63,861 bases of DNA, filler included, from Polymyxa betae A26-41 (GCA_003693705.1; 6 parts of 6 records of this genome joined end to end with filler, not necessarily neighbours in it), one strand, 5' to 3'; positions 35,521-49,900 are shown, numbered from the whole stretch's first letter. Made by a program: numbers and translations. The notes: generated by a model from the letters alone, not told the origin.

Positions 35521-37197
35521 GTTGGTGGGAAACAGAACGAGTCTGTTTGCACGAAGTGCGCAATTGATTTGAATCTGGAAGGATGAGATGTACAGGGCCG
35601 CAGATTTCGTCCAGGCCGGACAGGGTAGTTGAGGGCGGACGGGCAGGCATTGGGCCAGTCATAAACGCCGAGCAGAGGCTGCGCCCTCTAGGGCTCACGC
35701 AGTTTCGTCGGGACATGGAAATTTTTGCAAATCAGGAATTCAATCCCATTCAAAAAAAAACCACCCGCATGAAACTCGAACTTGGAACTTAACAAATGCC
35801 AGAACTATAGTCTGTCTATCAGGCGAAGTTGCCGCTGGTTTGAGTTTCGTTTTCTGTGAAAAGCCCCCCAAAAAGCCTCTATAACTTCCTAAAAAACCAT
35901 AAAAAAGCCCCTAAAAAACCAGCCACTCAGATAAGCACACTCAACAGGCGCAGCCTCCTTGGGCGTAGCCTGCTGCTCGGCCATTGTGCCAGTTCAGCAA
36001 GATCGGTGGCGAATTGTGTCTCCCCCAGTTGAGTTAGGGTTTGTCGGACTCATCCCTGTGGATCAATATCGCTGATTAATCACTGACGTGGATTGATTCT
36101 GATTTCCTTTCTATCTGGAATGTGATACAGGCATTCGTGATACAGTACTATACAACACCATACATTGGGACGTGGCTCTAGTAGTATTTGTGCGACTTTA
36201 AGCCCTAGAAAGTCCAGCTCTCTCTATATTACATAATTCATGGTTGGAGTCTATATAGATCTTTATATCACCTTTTCCATTTCTGAGAGTCAGATGACCA
36301 TATCTCCCGAATATTCTCTAATGCTTAATATTCTCTTATGATTTATATAACACTCCTGAACCCATGATGTTCCGATAAGGAATTAGTTCATATCTCGATT
36401 ACCATATAATCTATACGAATATTTTCAGAATAATGTTATTCAAGAAATCCGAAGGAATGTATGCTACTATCAGCAATAGCTTCGAATGTCCCTCTGGACA
36501 AAACCTCTAACTGTGTGCAGGTGCCAACACTCTGCCTAATAAATTTGGCTAATGAGAAGTATTAGTTAGAATTGAGCCTGTAGGCTCGCGCTTTACTGAG
36601 AGGAAGTTGACTAGAAAGGGAGAGCAAATAAAGCAATACACAAAGATGGAGCGAATGCGAGAACGGCCAATGTGCGACACCCATTAAACATATTTTTCGT
36701 GTCACTTAATTCGTTCTCTTCTGGTTATCTCGTCGTCGTTAGGGTGATTTCGTCATCGTAGTGGACCCTACAGTAGGCTATTTTGTTCGCGTCATGCTTT
36801 ACCCCGCATCCTATCACGTCTTATCGTTTCGGTGTCGACATTGCCATGTACTGTCCACGATCTGGGAAGCCGGACGGACAGTGAGGGACCGATTGCCCCT
36901 CCAGCTAATTTTTCATCCAGCAGACGATCAAAGAACAGCTGATACAACTGGCTGGCTACAAGATCGATGCAGAAAAACACCGGCGTTCCGGACGCCCTGC
37001 TACGACAGAGAGACGTATCTGCATCAGACAATCAATATTTATCAGATAAGGACATTAAAGATGTCTCGAGAACGGATGTAGAGTCTGGTAGTACAGAAGG
37101 AATCACCAACCTTCTACCAATTGCGCTCTCGAATAACGGGAACGGATTCTCATTCTCGCTTTTATCATGCCCAGCATCATTGCGAAAGTGCGTGGTT

Positions 37198-37297
37198 NNN
37201 NNNNNNNNNNNNNNNNNNNNNNNNNNNNNNNNNNNNNNNNNTTAATTAATTAANNNNNNNNNNNNNNNNNNNNNNNNNNNNNNNNNNNNNNNNNNNN
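37198..37297. other. Artificial scaffold linker
   Basis: N-run with central TTAATTAATTAA. Confidence 0.97.
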
Positions 37298-37556
37298 ACC
37301 CTCCAATTACTGTGGAGTTATCTAACGGATCTACAGATAAGACCAGTTATGAGATGTACTTGGATCTTGCTCTGCAAAGCAAGGCAGGCATGTTGTTGGT
37401 ACCATCAGGCAGATGTCTGGTATGGGATACCCACAGTGATGTGATACTTTTAGGAGTTGATCTNNNNNNNNNNNNNNNNNNNNNNNNNNNNNNNNNNNNN
37501 NGGAAGGAAACGACGAATGTGGCTACAAGGGTGCAGAAGAAAACTGTACTCCAATA

Positions 37557-38249
37557 GGGGGTTGCTAACCTGCGCATTCCGTAGCTTAAATGTCTGCTTT
37601 AAAGGATCTTTAAAGCTAGGGCTCCGACCGGGTACGGGTAGTAGGTACCCGGAAAAACCGGGTCGGGTACTGGTCGGGTCGGGTACCGGATAGGGTCGGG
37701 TACCGGATAGGGGGTGGTACCCGACCCGACTACCCGTCAGGTAGTTTGATAGGCACGGACTTTGTTTCTACGCGTTGATAATTTCTTCGATTTACGATGT
37801 GAGGATCCTGCAGTTGATCCGTTAGATTACTGGAAACAGACTTTTTGTCGATTCCGGGCTCTTCAGTCGCTGTCGAGCGAATATTCAATTGCGGCCGTGA
37901 CGTGATTGGGCTTCGGTGACATTCTTTGAAACAAGAAACCTTATCTTCTTTGATGCTTGGTAAGTACTGTCTGAAAAATAAAGTCTCATCATCTTTTTGT
38001 CTGTTTGCAACCTTTTTTGGATTTTGTATGGACGGGGGTTTTAGAGGCAGGTACCCGACCCGTTAATACCCGGTCGGAGCCCTATTTAAAGCGCTTTAAA
38101 CTTTGCTATAAGTCGGTGAAAAATAGGTATTTTCCGAATATTTTTCGCAAAGTTGCGTGGCTTCCACTTTAAAGCGCTTTAAAACCGATGCCTCGGACAA
38201 TTTTTAAAGCGCTTTAAAATTTCTCCGGAACGCCAACTTTGATACCCCC
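37557..38249. mobile_element. Second, inverted copy of the GGGGGTATCAAA MITE family, interrupted by a hAT element
   Basis: Right end GCCAACTTTGATACCCCC-TA is the reverse complement of 1539-1558. Left end shares TGCGCATTCCG. Three TTTAAAGCGCTTTAAA palindromes. Confidence 0.8.
37617..38084 (+). mobile_element. Non-autonomous hAT transposon (internal deletion derivative)
   Basis: 18-bp TIR TAGGGCTCCGACCGGGTA, perfect 8-bp TSD TTTAAAGC, subterminal GGGTAC/ACCCG repeats, and a dimerisation-domain remnant DPLDYWK...PGSSVAVERIFNCGRDVIGLR. Confidence 0.92.
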
Positions 38250-40842
38250 TAATGATTGGACTGAGTTCCAAAGATGATATTGACCAGGCGTTATGTCGGA
38301 TGGTCAGAGATGCAATAGACAATGGATTGTCAGATCATCTTGAAGAACCAGTTTTAAGGCTTGTGATGAAATACAAGAATGTATGGAGAAAGCCTTAGGA
38401 CCCCACCCTCCACCTAAAGTTACTCCATTGGTAACCAAACTTAAAGCTAGAGCTGAACATGTGCGATGTAAAGCAAGGCGATATNNNNNNNNNNNNNNNN
38501 NNNNNCGGGCTAGTGTATGAGAACTACAATTGCGAATGGACAAGCCCAGTTCTGGTGGTTAAGAAGCCTGTTGGTTACAGGATGACCGTTGATCTAAGAG
38601 CTGTGAATGCTCTGTGCGAGGCACTTTTCAGTCAAAAAGAGCCTTCGCCATTGATGGTGAACTGGACAGAGGTGATTTTGGACTACGATTTCGATATGGT
38701 CCATCGGCCCGGGATTCTGAATGTTCTTCCGGATACATTATTGCGGCTGTTTCGTCCTGAACGTCCAGTCGGCACTGCGCACTCCGTTGAGGAAATTATT
38801 TCGCCAGATTTTCTCCCAGAAGATCTGCGTCAAAAGGCGATTGATTTGGCTCATATTTTCGGTCATTTTGGAGTTAAGGCTACTTTAGCTCGATCGGCTG
38901 CCCGCCGACGGCAATATTTTGCCATCAATGCGTCAAGATGTGGAAAATGCCCTTAAACAGTATGTTCCATGTCAACGGTTTATAATTGTTCGGCACGGTT
39001 ATCATCCTCTAACTCCTACCCTGGCTTGTCAGCCTATGGACCATATCGTTATTGATACCGTCATGTCGTTTCCGACGTCAGAAAATGGTCATGATGTTTT
39101 TCTCATTGTTATTTGCGTGCATACGCGGCTTTGCCTTCTTCGTCCGTTTACGGATAAGTTCGCGGCATCTGTCGCAAAGGCATTATTTGCAATACTTTGC
39201 GTTTTTGGTTTCCCTCGCATCATACAATTAATCTGGGTCGGAGTTTGTTAAACACCTCGTCGATCTGATGGTTAAGAAAGTGGGTATCGATCATAGTCTC
39301 ACTACAGTATACCATCCTAGAGCCCGCTCAGACTGCGTGCCGCGCAATCCGTAAACTCTTACAAAATGAAGATCGGCAATGGGATCCCGCTGTACAATTA
39401 TTTATGAATGTGAAAATTGCCGCAATTCACGGCTCGGCTCCGTACTCTGTGATGTTCGGACGCAAGCTAAACCTTTTAGCGACTACTCTCACGATACTTC
39501 ACAATCTGATATTATCTTTGATAGTGTTAAGGAGAAACTTTGTTGGTTCTCTGGTACTCTTTATCCCGATATTTCGGAACGCGAGTCTGGTCAAGCTGCT
39601 CGTACCATTACGCACTTTGCTAAACCAAGCGTTTGTTAAAAGAGCCGTTTCCGGTCGGATCTTATGTCATGGTTATTGATCCAACCAGATCTGACAAAAA
39701 TGTCCGTATTATGAAGGACCTTCTAAAGTTTTGCGACATACTAAGGGGGGTAGTTATCAGCTTTAATGTCAAAAAGTGCCAACTATCAAATGAGACAGGA
39801 AGGATTTGGATATCGAACGAGATACGGCTGAAGCAGGAAAGAACACGAGACAAAGACGAAATACAGGTTGTTGGTTCAATAACGGCGTTTACCGAACTGC
39901 GCTGTCCTCAGTTCGGTTTCCAGTTAATATATTTATTGTAACGTATCTCTATACAGTGGACGAATGCAGCATCTAGAATCGAGGACCCTTAAGGCTGCGA
40001 TGTAGTTCCTGACATTTTAGATCATGATCAGACTTTATTTCGTTGTAACGTCGCACCTTCAAAAATGAAATCGGTTATTCGCAATCTTCGTACAGATCCT
40101 GACCGTTTGTAATTAACCGTATTCTACAGCACAAGGGTCCGCCCTCAAATCGTCAACATTTAGTTAAATGGAAAAGTCTTGGTCCACAGGAAGATCCCTG
40201 GGAAACCCGTCGATAATTTCAACGATGTTCAGGTTATTGCAGAGTACTGGAACCGTATTAATTTTTCTACAAATTAACATCTCATCTCGGGGAGGGTAAT
40301 GTCATACCCCGATGTTCGCATACCCGATCTGGTTGTTATTAAGGGGTACTTGCTTGCTCTCCTATCTTTAACATACATATTGTATTTACGATCGCTGCTG
40401 TGAACTTTTCAAGATCATCATTTTAGCATTATTACTCATCCTTCCTTTTGAACAATACACGGCTTAGTTCCGCTCTGTATTCGTTTCTTACTCTCGTAGT
40501 CATTCTCTGGCATTACAAGCATAGAAAGAACATGCATCCAAATAAGATCACTACTTCCACCGCTCCTCCGCTTCATCCTCTGATAAAAAGGGATCTTGCC
40601 CACATTTAGGGCGCTTAATGTGCTCTGCATTGTAGGCTACGAAAACATTTTAGTAATTGAAATATGCTCTTCACGGGTAGCCGTGAATTTTGCACCAACA
40701 GGAACAGATCTAACTGTCATGATTCACTACTTCCGTTCAGCTTCCGAGCTACCTCATGAGGCATCTTCCATAAATTCCAAGTTCCTGTTGATGTAGCTAA
40801 ACTACCTGGATACGCAGACAACTTAGACAAACAAAGAGTGGA

Positions 40843-42176
40843 TGTATTGGTCAAACAAATCAATGGTACATAGCACACGACGGTACTCGATCTTGGTCAC
40901 GTGATAGTTGCAGCATCAGGCAGGCTAGAAGTAACATAACAGAAAATGGGAAGAAAGTTCTGCGAGCGTCACGCAGTAACACTCCCTCCCGAACGCAGAA
41001 CGCTATCAGAGCATATATCGTCTCTGTGTTTCAGGAACAGCAAAGGGCCGAGAGCTTTAGTAAAGATGTCCGCAACCATATTCTCTGAAGAACAATGCTC
41101 CAAACAAATTACTTTAGATTCCAGTTTCTCACGGACATAATGAAACTTGATGTCAATATGTTTCGAACGACGAGATAAATGGATGCCTTCCGAATGGGCA
41201 ATCGTTCCACGGTTATACTGAGAAATCACGGTTGGTTCACATTTAAATAAACAAAGTTCCTTCAAAAGAGCTCGAAGTCAAACAACCTCACGGACAACAT
41301 CGCACAGCGATACATATTCCGCTTCCGTCTTAGATAATGTTACACAACTTTGTCTCCGACTACTCCAAGAAATTGGTCCATCAGCGAAGAATACAATGTT
41401 ACCAGAAATAGAACGACATGTTGTTGAATCAGTTGCGAAATCCGCATCTGCGTAGCCGTACAACTTCAGAGCGGAGCTCCCTCTCAATCGAATGCCGAGA
41501 GAACTAGAGCCTTTCAGATTACGCAGAACGCGTCTCAGTGCTAGAACATCGACTTCTGTAGGTTTGTGCGCAGTCCGCACCAATCTCGATACTACAAACG
41601 ATAGATCAGGTCGAGTACAAACCATCATGTACATGAGTGCGCCAATCGCCTCACGAAATGGGTAGTCCTCGTTGACGGCGCCATCGGAGATCTTCAAACA
41701 CGTTGGATCTGTCGGAGTTTTTACAGGGTTCAATCGGCCATTCCGAACTTGTCCAAAATTAACTGCGAGTACGCTGACTGGTCCAGCGTAATCGTCTTCT
41801 CAGAGCGATCGCGTGTAACGCGAACACCTAAAACATACTTCAAAACTTGGGCATCCTTCATACTATATCGCGATGATAATAGCTTCTGAGTCTCCTTCAC
41901 AGATGCCATCGAGGACGCCGCCACAATCAAATCATCTACATAAACAGCCAGCAGAACGAAATCGCCCTTCGGATCTCCTTTACGATAGAGACAGGGCTCA
42001 CGTATTGTAGGTATGAGCCGTTCTCCTTCAGAAAACAGTCTAAATTCTTCCACCAGCAACTCCCGGCCTGTTTCAGTCCATAAATAGACTTCTTAAGGCG
42101 ACAGACAAGCCGCTCTCCATTTTCTCCACGGACTTCATACCCGCGAGGCTGCACCAGGTATAGCTCCTCGTCCAGT
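40843..42176 (-). mobile_element. 5'-truncated Ty1/copia (RT, RNase H, PPT, 3' LTR from 40981)
   Basis: LKKSIYGLKQAG, LAVYVDDL, CTRPDL, YADADFA, TEAEY, SKHIDIKFHYVRE, ADIFTK. PPT GGGAGGGAG is followed by TGTTAC. Confidence 0.9.
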
Positions 42177-42861
42177 GTAAGGAAAGGATTTACAAAAGAT
42201 GAGAATTCGTGGGAACCACTGAAGATTTTGTTTGAAGATGTCCCCGAATTAGTGAAGAAATATCTGAAGAAATTAAAAGATGAGAAAAGTGCCTACGCAG
42301 AAGAAGTTGATGACTTTGTTAGAAGTATTTCCAAAAGTCTAACTGAAAATCTACTATTGATTCCAAGCTTTTATCCCATTGGGTTTTAACGCGGAACTAT
42401 AGCAAATGATCAGTAAGTACTAGAATGAGGTAATGAGATGACCTGAAAAGATGATAATATTTTTTTATAAAAACACGAATTTTATGATGATTTAGAGGAC
42501 CCTTATAGATGAAATCGATGAGCGCTAAGAAGACTTTGGACGACTTTGACGAAAATTGATGATCAGATCTAATAAAATGATGACACCGCAAAATATGTCC
42601 ATAATGGACCATAATTGTCATGCCCATTGAGCATGACAGTACTCGCAGCCGCCCAGCCGACCACCAGGCAGTCGTACTGGCCCTTCCTGAGGGGCTGCGC
42701 AGAGGGCTGCGCCCCTGCTGACGATTCCTATAGGGGAAGAGCCCTAACTGTCACGGACTGCGCGGGTCCTCTCGTCTCCCTACTATGAATGGCGAGGAGC
42801 GGCCTCCACGCAACCATTCCGATCAACTCCAAAATTCACACGTTTCTCATCTCGTCTCCGA

Positions 42862-42961
42862 NNNNNNNNNNNNNNNNNNNNNNNNNNNNNNNNNNNNNNN
42901 NNNNNTTAATTAATTAANNNNNNNNNNNNNNNNNNNNNNNNNNNNNNNNNNNNNNNNNNNN
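42862..42961. other. Artificial scaffold linker
   Basis: N-run with central TTAATTAATTAA. Confidence 0.97.
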
Positions 42962-43322
42962 GACGCAATTCCCCCAGTAGAAAAACTGCGTAAGTTTCTC
43001 CACTGTTGCTCTGTACCCTAAATGGCCACTATTTCCACCACTGTGAGCGATTACACAGAGCCTAATCTTCAGATCATTATCATCATCAGGAATTATGACC
43101 TGGCCCTTTTTATTAACTAATAAACCATCCTTATTCTTATTAGAATGATTTGATGACTTTCTCTGTGCTACCAACAGTTCCTCAACAGTCGGCCACACAA
43201 ATTCCTNNNNNNNNNNNNNNNNNNNNNNNNNNNNNNNNNNNNNNNNNNNNNNNNNNNCATCATTGTCTTTCGTCTTCTCATCTGCGGCTCCCCAGCGAGT
43301 TATCATATCTGCCCACAGATTA
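42962..43322 (-). mobile_element. Ty3/gypsy RNase H-integrase junction fragment
   Basis: WADMITRWG, RLCVIAHSGGNSGHLG...FYW (integrase zinc-finger region). Confidence 0.75.
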
Positions 43323-43324
43323 TC

Positions 43325-44426
43325 TTAACCCTTAAAAATGATCGCCTCTAGGTTTTCTGCCACTTTTTTGGCGTCTATGTGACGACCGACGATGTAGCAG
43401 CATCGGAGGCGCCGTCAACGTCAGACATTCCAGAGCTGCCATTAATGGCCAGGTCGGCGCAGCCTTCAACGCGGCCTTCACAAATTGCGGCAACGTAATT
43501 TCTCGACCCGCTACTTGCAGACAGATTTCTTTTATTCGCGCTATTCTTAGGCGCAATTTTTTTACTTGAACCAGCCTTTAATTCGGCAATTCAATTTGAC
43601 GGTGAAGCCTGTTCAAGAAATGATTCGGGATGCAATTGAGGAAATTTCTAACGTTACCTGATTATGCGTTAATGAAGCCCGCGAAAAGTCGACGTCAAAA
43701 TTTGATTTTGTTCGGATGTTAGCGGTTAAGCCATATCTTCAGGCAATTTTGACCGAGACGATCGTCAATGTTGATCGCTTCACAACTTATTGCAAGAAGC
43801 AATCTGGCATGGAAGGCAAAATCCATCAGAATGTGGGCAGATTATTACTTGATAGATCGACAGCTGCCTCGTCCAATCAAGGCCGACATCAAAAAGTCGG
43901 TTCTTCAATCGACTGCTAGGACGTCCGCTTGTGCTGAATTGTTGGATTAGATCGTGTGATCCCAACAGGATAACAGGACGCACGTTTACAAGTTGGATTC
44001 AGCAAAATCTACATTTGTAATTGGATATCACAGTTCGTTTTCAGATATCCGATCGTCCTGCAACTCGATGGTTGTATTCCCATGGGTTAATTCTTAAGGA
44101 GCAATCCAAAGGAGCGTATGTTGATGCATGAAATACCAGATGTTGTATCGTATCGAAAACAGTTTCTGGAAAGAATGGAGATTGACCAGAAACGAACGTT
44201 TCAGTATGTTGGTGACGATTGCGAGCACGCGATTCGCCCTGAGTTGGACTGCAATGTCAAGCCGATTGTTCTAATTGTCCAGGATGGATCTGACTTTGCC
44301 GCAAATGAAGGAAACAAGAAAGTGTGGATTCAAGACGGTTAAAACTTACATCGCCCAAAAGGCAATGGCAGATGTCTCATGGTTTCTTAGTTTCTTTGTG
44401 AATGCCATGGCCGTCTTGGCCTTGAC
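43325..44426 (+). mobile_element. Degenerate DDE transposase fragment (Tc1/IS630-like), truncated by an LTR insertion
   Basis: KGAYVDAHEIPDVVSYRKQFL (one frameshift)...IVLIVQDGSDFAANE...W...RPKGNGRCLMVS, resembling fungal Tc1-like transposases as recalled from memory. Confidence 0.55.
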
Positions 44427-46977
44427 TGTAACAATATTACACTTACTTTATTATTTCTTTTATGATCTTCAAATACTATTTTATTTTTCAGGTACATCAG
44501 TTCGATCCCGATAATGTACTTAGAACTTCTTGATCAAGTAAAGGAACACAACTTACTCTAGTTCTAAACTATCTTCGCGTCTCTCCGCCTCTCTGCGCTC
44601 TTCCATCGCCAGTTCAGTATCTTTCCAGAGCAGTACTTTAAAGGATTCGGACATTATTTCTCGATTCCTTACAGTTTTTCTTCCCTTTCTTATGATTCAA
44701 CTGTGCATCCATTCCAATGCAACCAAATCACAGCACCACCATCTCTCTCGTCGAGATCCAGTCTCGCCAGGACGCTCGAGACGAGTCTATTACAGGTGTT
44801 TCCAACATCGTATCCGAAATTGAGCAGACTATCCTCACTGTTCAAGACGATATCAGCAAACTGCAAAACAACTTAACATCCCTATCCGAGAGTGTCGATT
44901 CCATTTCCAATACTCAATCCAAATATGGGGTAAATTGGATATCATCATGAATTCTATACATTCTCTTGAGCAATCTTTAAAATCGCAACACCATAAGCAA
45001 TAGCAGGATAACGAAATGCCTACAGTTCAGCCGACGCCCAACCAAGACAAGCCTTACAGCGAACCTGTCGGACCGTCAGTTCGACTTGTAGCTCCATCGC
45101 CATTTTCTGGCAACGACCACCCACGCATCGATCCTGAAGATCATCTCTTTTCACTGCAAGTATGGCTTTGCGATGTTCCCGAACATCGAAAGCTCGCATA
45201 CGCAATCACATCTTTAACCGGAATCGCTCGACAAGAATGGAGACTCTGGACTCGTTTTTTTGCCCCGAAGCCTCCAACATTCGTCTCTTTCTCTGAAAGG
45301 TTATTGACTCGGTTTACAGTCGTACACGTAGCCGAGAACGCACGCCAACATATTCGTGATTTCATTCAATTCGGAAAATACCGGCACCTCGATGCTTATT
45401 GTAGCGCATTCATTAACGCACAGGCCCAACTAAGTGCTGGACGCGACGACGAGATTATCTCAGGATTATCGCAGGTCTTGGTACCCGAGCCGCTGTCGTT
45501 CAACTACAGCTCCGTCCTCGTTTACCCTCGGAGAAGCCATTAAGATCGTTCACTTTGTCGCATCGCTGCCATCTGATTCGTTGCAATCACAAGTTGCAGA
45601 CAACAACTCTGGCACGTCTCGTTCTGGGAAACTTTCATCTTCGTCACTGCACCCTTCCAAAACAGATCCAAACAAATGCAGGCTCACAAACGAAGAGCGT
45701 CAAGAGCTCCTCCGAAAAGGTGGCTATCTTTACTGCCCTGATGTCGGCCATCTCATTCAAGACTGCACCAAGAAGACAAACAGACATAACGTTGAATGTG
45801 TTCAGATGCCCGCTTCATCTTCGTCACAATCTGCCCGATATCGATCTCAGATATTACACAGCTTTACGCTTCATGCTAATGAAATTGACATAGCTGGTAA
45901 AGTTCTTGTTGAGACAGGCGCTGAAAGTGATTTTATTTTTGAGACATTCGTCAAGAAATCTAACTTTAGACTGGCACCTCTCAGTTCGCCTCAATCTATT
46001 CAACGCGCCGACGGCAAAAATCACCAGCGGTTCTTCAGATGTCATGATCACTATCACGATTGGGTCTGAACCTCCTGTTCGGCTGACCCGAAGTGTAATC
46101 GTCGCGCCGATTTCGCATGACCTCATTCTAGGTACACCATTCTTATATGAATACCATCCCATAATCAGTTTCCGCACTGGAACCATGATTATATCCTCCA
46201 GCTTTAGCTCTAGCTAGTATTATTTTATCTGACCAAGGAAAACCCGCTCCTTGGACCCAGCCTACACTCGCCCCTAGCACAAATTTCACCGACGACAAGT
46301 CTGACCCTTACCAGTTTAGTCATCCCGATCCTGCTGTTAAGGGTTTAGTTCAGAGGTTCGCATCAACTGTATTTCGAAATTCTTTACCTCGTAAACTGCC
46401 ACCAGTTAGGAATATATATCACGAGATAAATCTTCTACCTCATCTGAAACCACCCTTTAGATCTCCGTATCGACTATCCCCTATGGAACAGTCCGAGCTT
46501 TCACGTCAGCTAAAAGAATATCAAGATGCTGGATATATTCAGCCATCAAATTCACCTTACGGAGCTCCTGTTATATTTGCCAAGAAACCTGACGGGCCGC
46601 TTCGCCTCTGCTTAGATTATCGAGCACTAAATGCAATCACAATTAAAGACAAAACACCCGTTCCAAATGCGGATGATCTCATTAATCACTCATCAGGCGC
46701 ATGTATCTTCACCAAGTTGGACTTGAGAAACGCATTCCATCAACTACTAATTCGCCCAGAAGATATTCCGAAATCTGCAACCACTACCATCTTCGGAAAT
46801 TTTGAATGGATTGTAATGCCTTTCGGCATGGCTAATGCTCCTTTATCTTGGCAATCCATTGTGAACAGTATTTCCCGTGACATTCTAGGTCAATTCGTGG
46901 TGATTACCTCGACGACGTTCTCATATATTCTCGTAACCGCGAAGACTACATTCTTCATGTTACCGAAATCTTAGAGC

Positions 46978-49900
46978 TGTTTCAATTAATACAGTAATTT
47001 CCAGAAAAAGACCTTGATTTTTTATTATATATAAACTACACTAATAATCGGGAGAAGTCCGCCACGGACCCCGTGGCGGAGCAACCGTCCTGGAACTGGA
47101 TTGAGGATCCATTCTGATTTCACCCACAGATTGTGTGCCCTAACAAAGATATCTTTTGGCGGAAGATGACCGTCGTGATGAGTTGATGACTGAAGAGCTG
47201 ACCGAGCAAGACACGGTCGACTATGGCGATGAAGAAGTGGTCGAGAACTTGCGAACTATGGATCTCGACAGCGACAATGATGAGAAAGAAGAGACTGAAG
47301 ACGCTGATGACGACGCGGCAGCGGAGTCGGACGCGGCCGGAACGGGTGATGAAGCGCCCGTTACGGAGGCGGCCGCCAACGCTGAACTAGTTCGGCAGCA
47401 GGCCAGCCGCCGTGGGGAAGACTCGGGCAGCAGCGCTAACCGCAGCGTAACAGGTCCGAGGCACGTTGTCCGTTGACGCGTGGCCTCCGGGGGTGTTACA
47501 GTTCTGGAGACCAACCGGGCACCCACGCAGAAGATCCCGGATCGGAGCCACATAATGATGTTCCGTCAAGAGCGCGTAAAATATCGACGCGTTTTCCGGG
47601 AGGCCGAGTTTGCGTGGGTTGCCCCGCTATCTCTGGCGTCGATGATTGACCCACCCGTTGCTGAAATGGATTTGCCAAAATAAGTTGGAGGTGGCTGTTG
47701 AAGCTGTAACTGACAATGAACTTGAAGGTTGGCTACAAACATTTTTGGCCGGCGAACAAACCCATGATACAACCATGGACAAGAAACTGCGGGGTCTAAA
47801 GAAAAACATGAAGGTTGACTCCCAACGAGGCCGGGTCATCGACATGATGGTTCGGTTCCAGACCATGGTTGATGGGAATGGATGGGCCGAAGCGCTTGAG
47901 GGCGAAGAGTATCGCAAGCGTCAGGTAAAATACCTCTTAAACGTTATTGAACCTGCAGGCTTGAAGGAAATGATGAATAAGGTACTTCAACGCCTTCCAA
48001 AGCTGCTCTCGTTGCCGAAGGCTTTCGGTATAGCATTGGAGGAAAAAGCGGAAAATTATGAAGAGGTTTTAGCCTTGCATACGGCTATGGATACACAGAA
48101 AAGCTCGGGGAAGAAGGGCCCTCGTGGAAACGAAGGAAAACCAACCGCGAACAAGGAAAATGAACCGAACTGCAAAGCCGCACGTGGTAGTAATTTGAAG
48201 TGTTATGGATGTGAAAAAATCGGACACCCCGTGTTTATGTGTCCTGATAAACTGTCCAAGGATGAGGTTCATTCGATCCTAAAAAAGAAGGATAATAATT
48301 TTAAGAAGAATTCTAACTATCCGTGGGTGTGCCGCATTGGTAGTAGAGCTGACGTAGGGAAGCAAGTAGAAGTAAGAATCAGTGAGGCCTTTATTTCCCT
48401 GCAATTTAAGATAGCGGCGCCACGGATGTCTCACTCATCCGGAAGTGTATCGCAGAACAGGCAACGAAGGAAGACTCTACGATCCAGAAAGAGCGCCTAT
48501 CGGAGCCTGTGATATTACGCCAAGGTGATACTGTTACTACGGTGGTGGCCAAGGACGCCGTAACCGTCGATATATGGCGACGGACATGTTCCGGTGAAGT
48601 CGTGCTACGGCACAGGAAGTGCCTGATTTGCGACGTCCCTAGTGATGAAATTATACTGGGGAGTGATCTCCTCGAAGAACTCCGTATAGAGCCGAAAAGA
48701 GCGCTCGACGCAGTAATTCTGCGTACCAGGGCCAGTACGGCTGCCGAAGCGGCCCGGAGATCGAGGGGAGACCAATGACAGCGTTAAGAAGAGTCGGGGG
48801 TAGAAGAGAATAGGACGCAATTTCCGGACCCACGGACTAAGCGGATAAGCAGTCAAACATTGAAGGAATGCTGCAGAGAGCTGTGGAGCATGGCCTACCC
48901 GATCATTGGCGTAATCAATTAAAACGCTTGGTATACCGCTATAAGGACGCTTTGCAAGTAAGGTTAGGACATGATCCACCAGCCAATGTACCGCCATTCG
49001 TCACACAGCTGAAGCATAACGCCGCGCCTTTTAAATGCAAAGCGAGGCAATACAAACCGGATGACAGCGAATTCTTGACAAAATTTCTTGAAGAACAACT
49101 ACAATACGGGTTAGTCTATGAAAATCCCAATTCGAGATGATCTCCAGTAGTAGTAGTTGAGAAGGCAGATGGCGGAAAACGTATGTGTGTAGACTTACGC
49201 GCAGTTAACCTATCAGTGAGAGTACGGCATGGCCGATGCCATTTCTAGAATCTATCGTCAATCACATGTCGGGTTCCAGGTATTGGTTTAAGTTAGATGC
49301 CTTTAAAGGTTTCTGGATGATGCCGTTATCTGAAGACTGTCAAGAAATGTTTTCATTTATGACTGACCGGGGAATATATACACCCAGAAGATCCATTCAG
49401 GGAGCCCTGAACTCAGCGACGCAATTCCAAGCCCGAATGGCCTTGGTCTTTAAAACTTTAATATATCAGTCGCTAATTGTTTGGATTGATGACCTTTTAG
49501 GACATGCGAAGACTTTAGAAGAGTGGTTCCATGTATTGGAAACTACTCTGAGATTAGCAGTAAAGAGTAACATAAAATTTAATGTTAAGAAATGTGAGCT
49601 CTATACGAGATCCGCCACGTTTTGCGGAAGAATACTCTCTCCGGACGGTGTAACTCACGACACGGATAGAATTGAAGCATTGGTAGCAATCCCGTAGCCC
49701 AAAACTGCGAGTGACCTACAGCAATTTTTGATGGACACTCAGTGGATGAGTCGCTCGATTCCTGACAATAATACGATCGTGCGATCTCTGCAAGATATAT
49801 TTGAGAATGCCATGAAGAACCAACCAGGACGAACGAAAAGCATTGCCAGACAAGTTCGTCCCATGAAATATGGTAGGGGCCCGCAGCATGCGCTGGCAGC

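Larger units (their letters stand above)
37298..40430 (+). mobile_element. Mosaic of degenerate Ty3/gypsy pieces: protease/RT start, then a second element's integrase, chromodomain, PPT and 3' LTR
   Basis: WTSPVLVVKK...YRMTVDLRAVN, HRPGILNVLPD, HIFGHFG, PMDHIVID, FGFPRII, LVKWKSLGPQEDPWE. PPT GGGGAGGG precedes TGTCA at about 40300. Confidence 0.8.

Noticed and set aside
43325-44426. Possible Fanzor/TnpB-carrying transposon
   Set aside because: No RuvC or zinc-finger motifs seen. Only a decayed DDE-like fragment is present.
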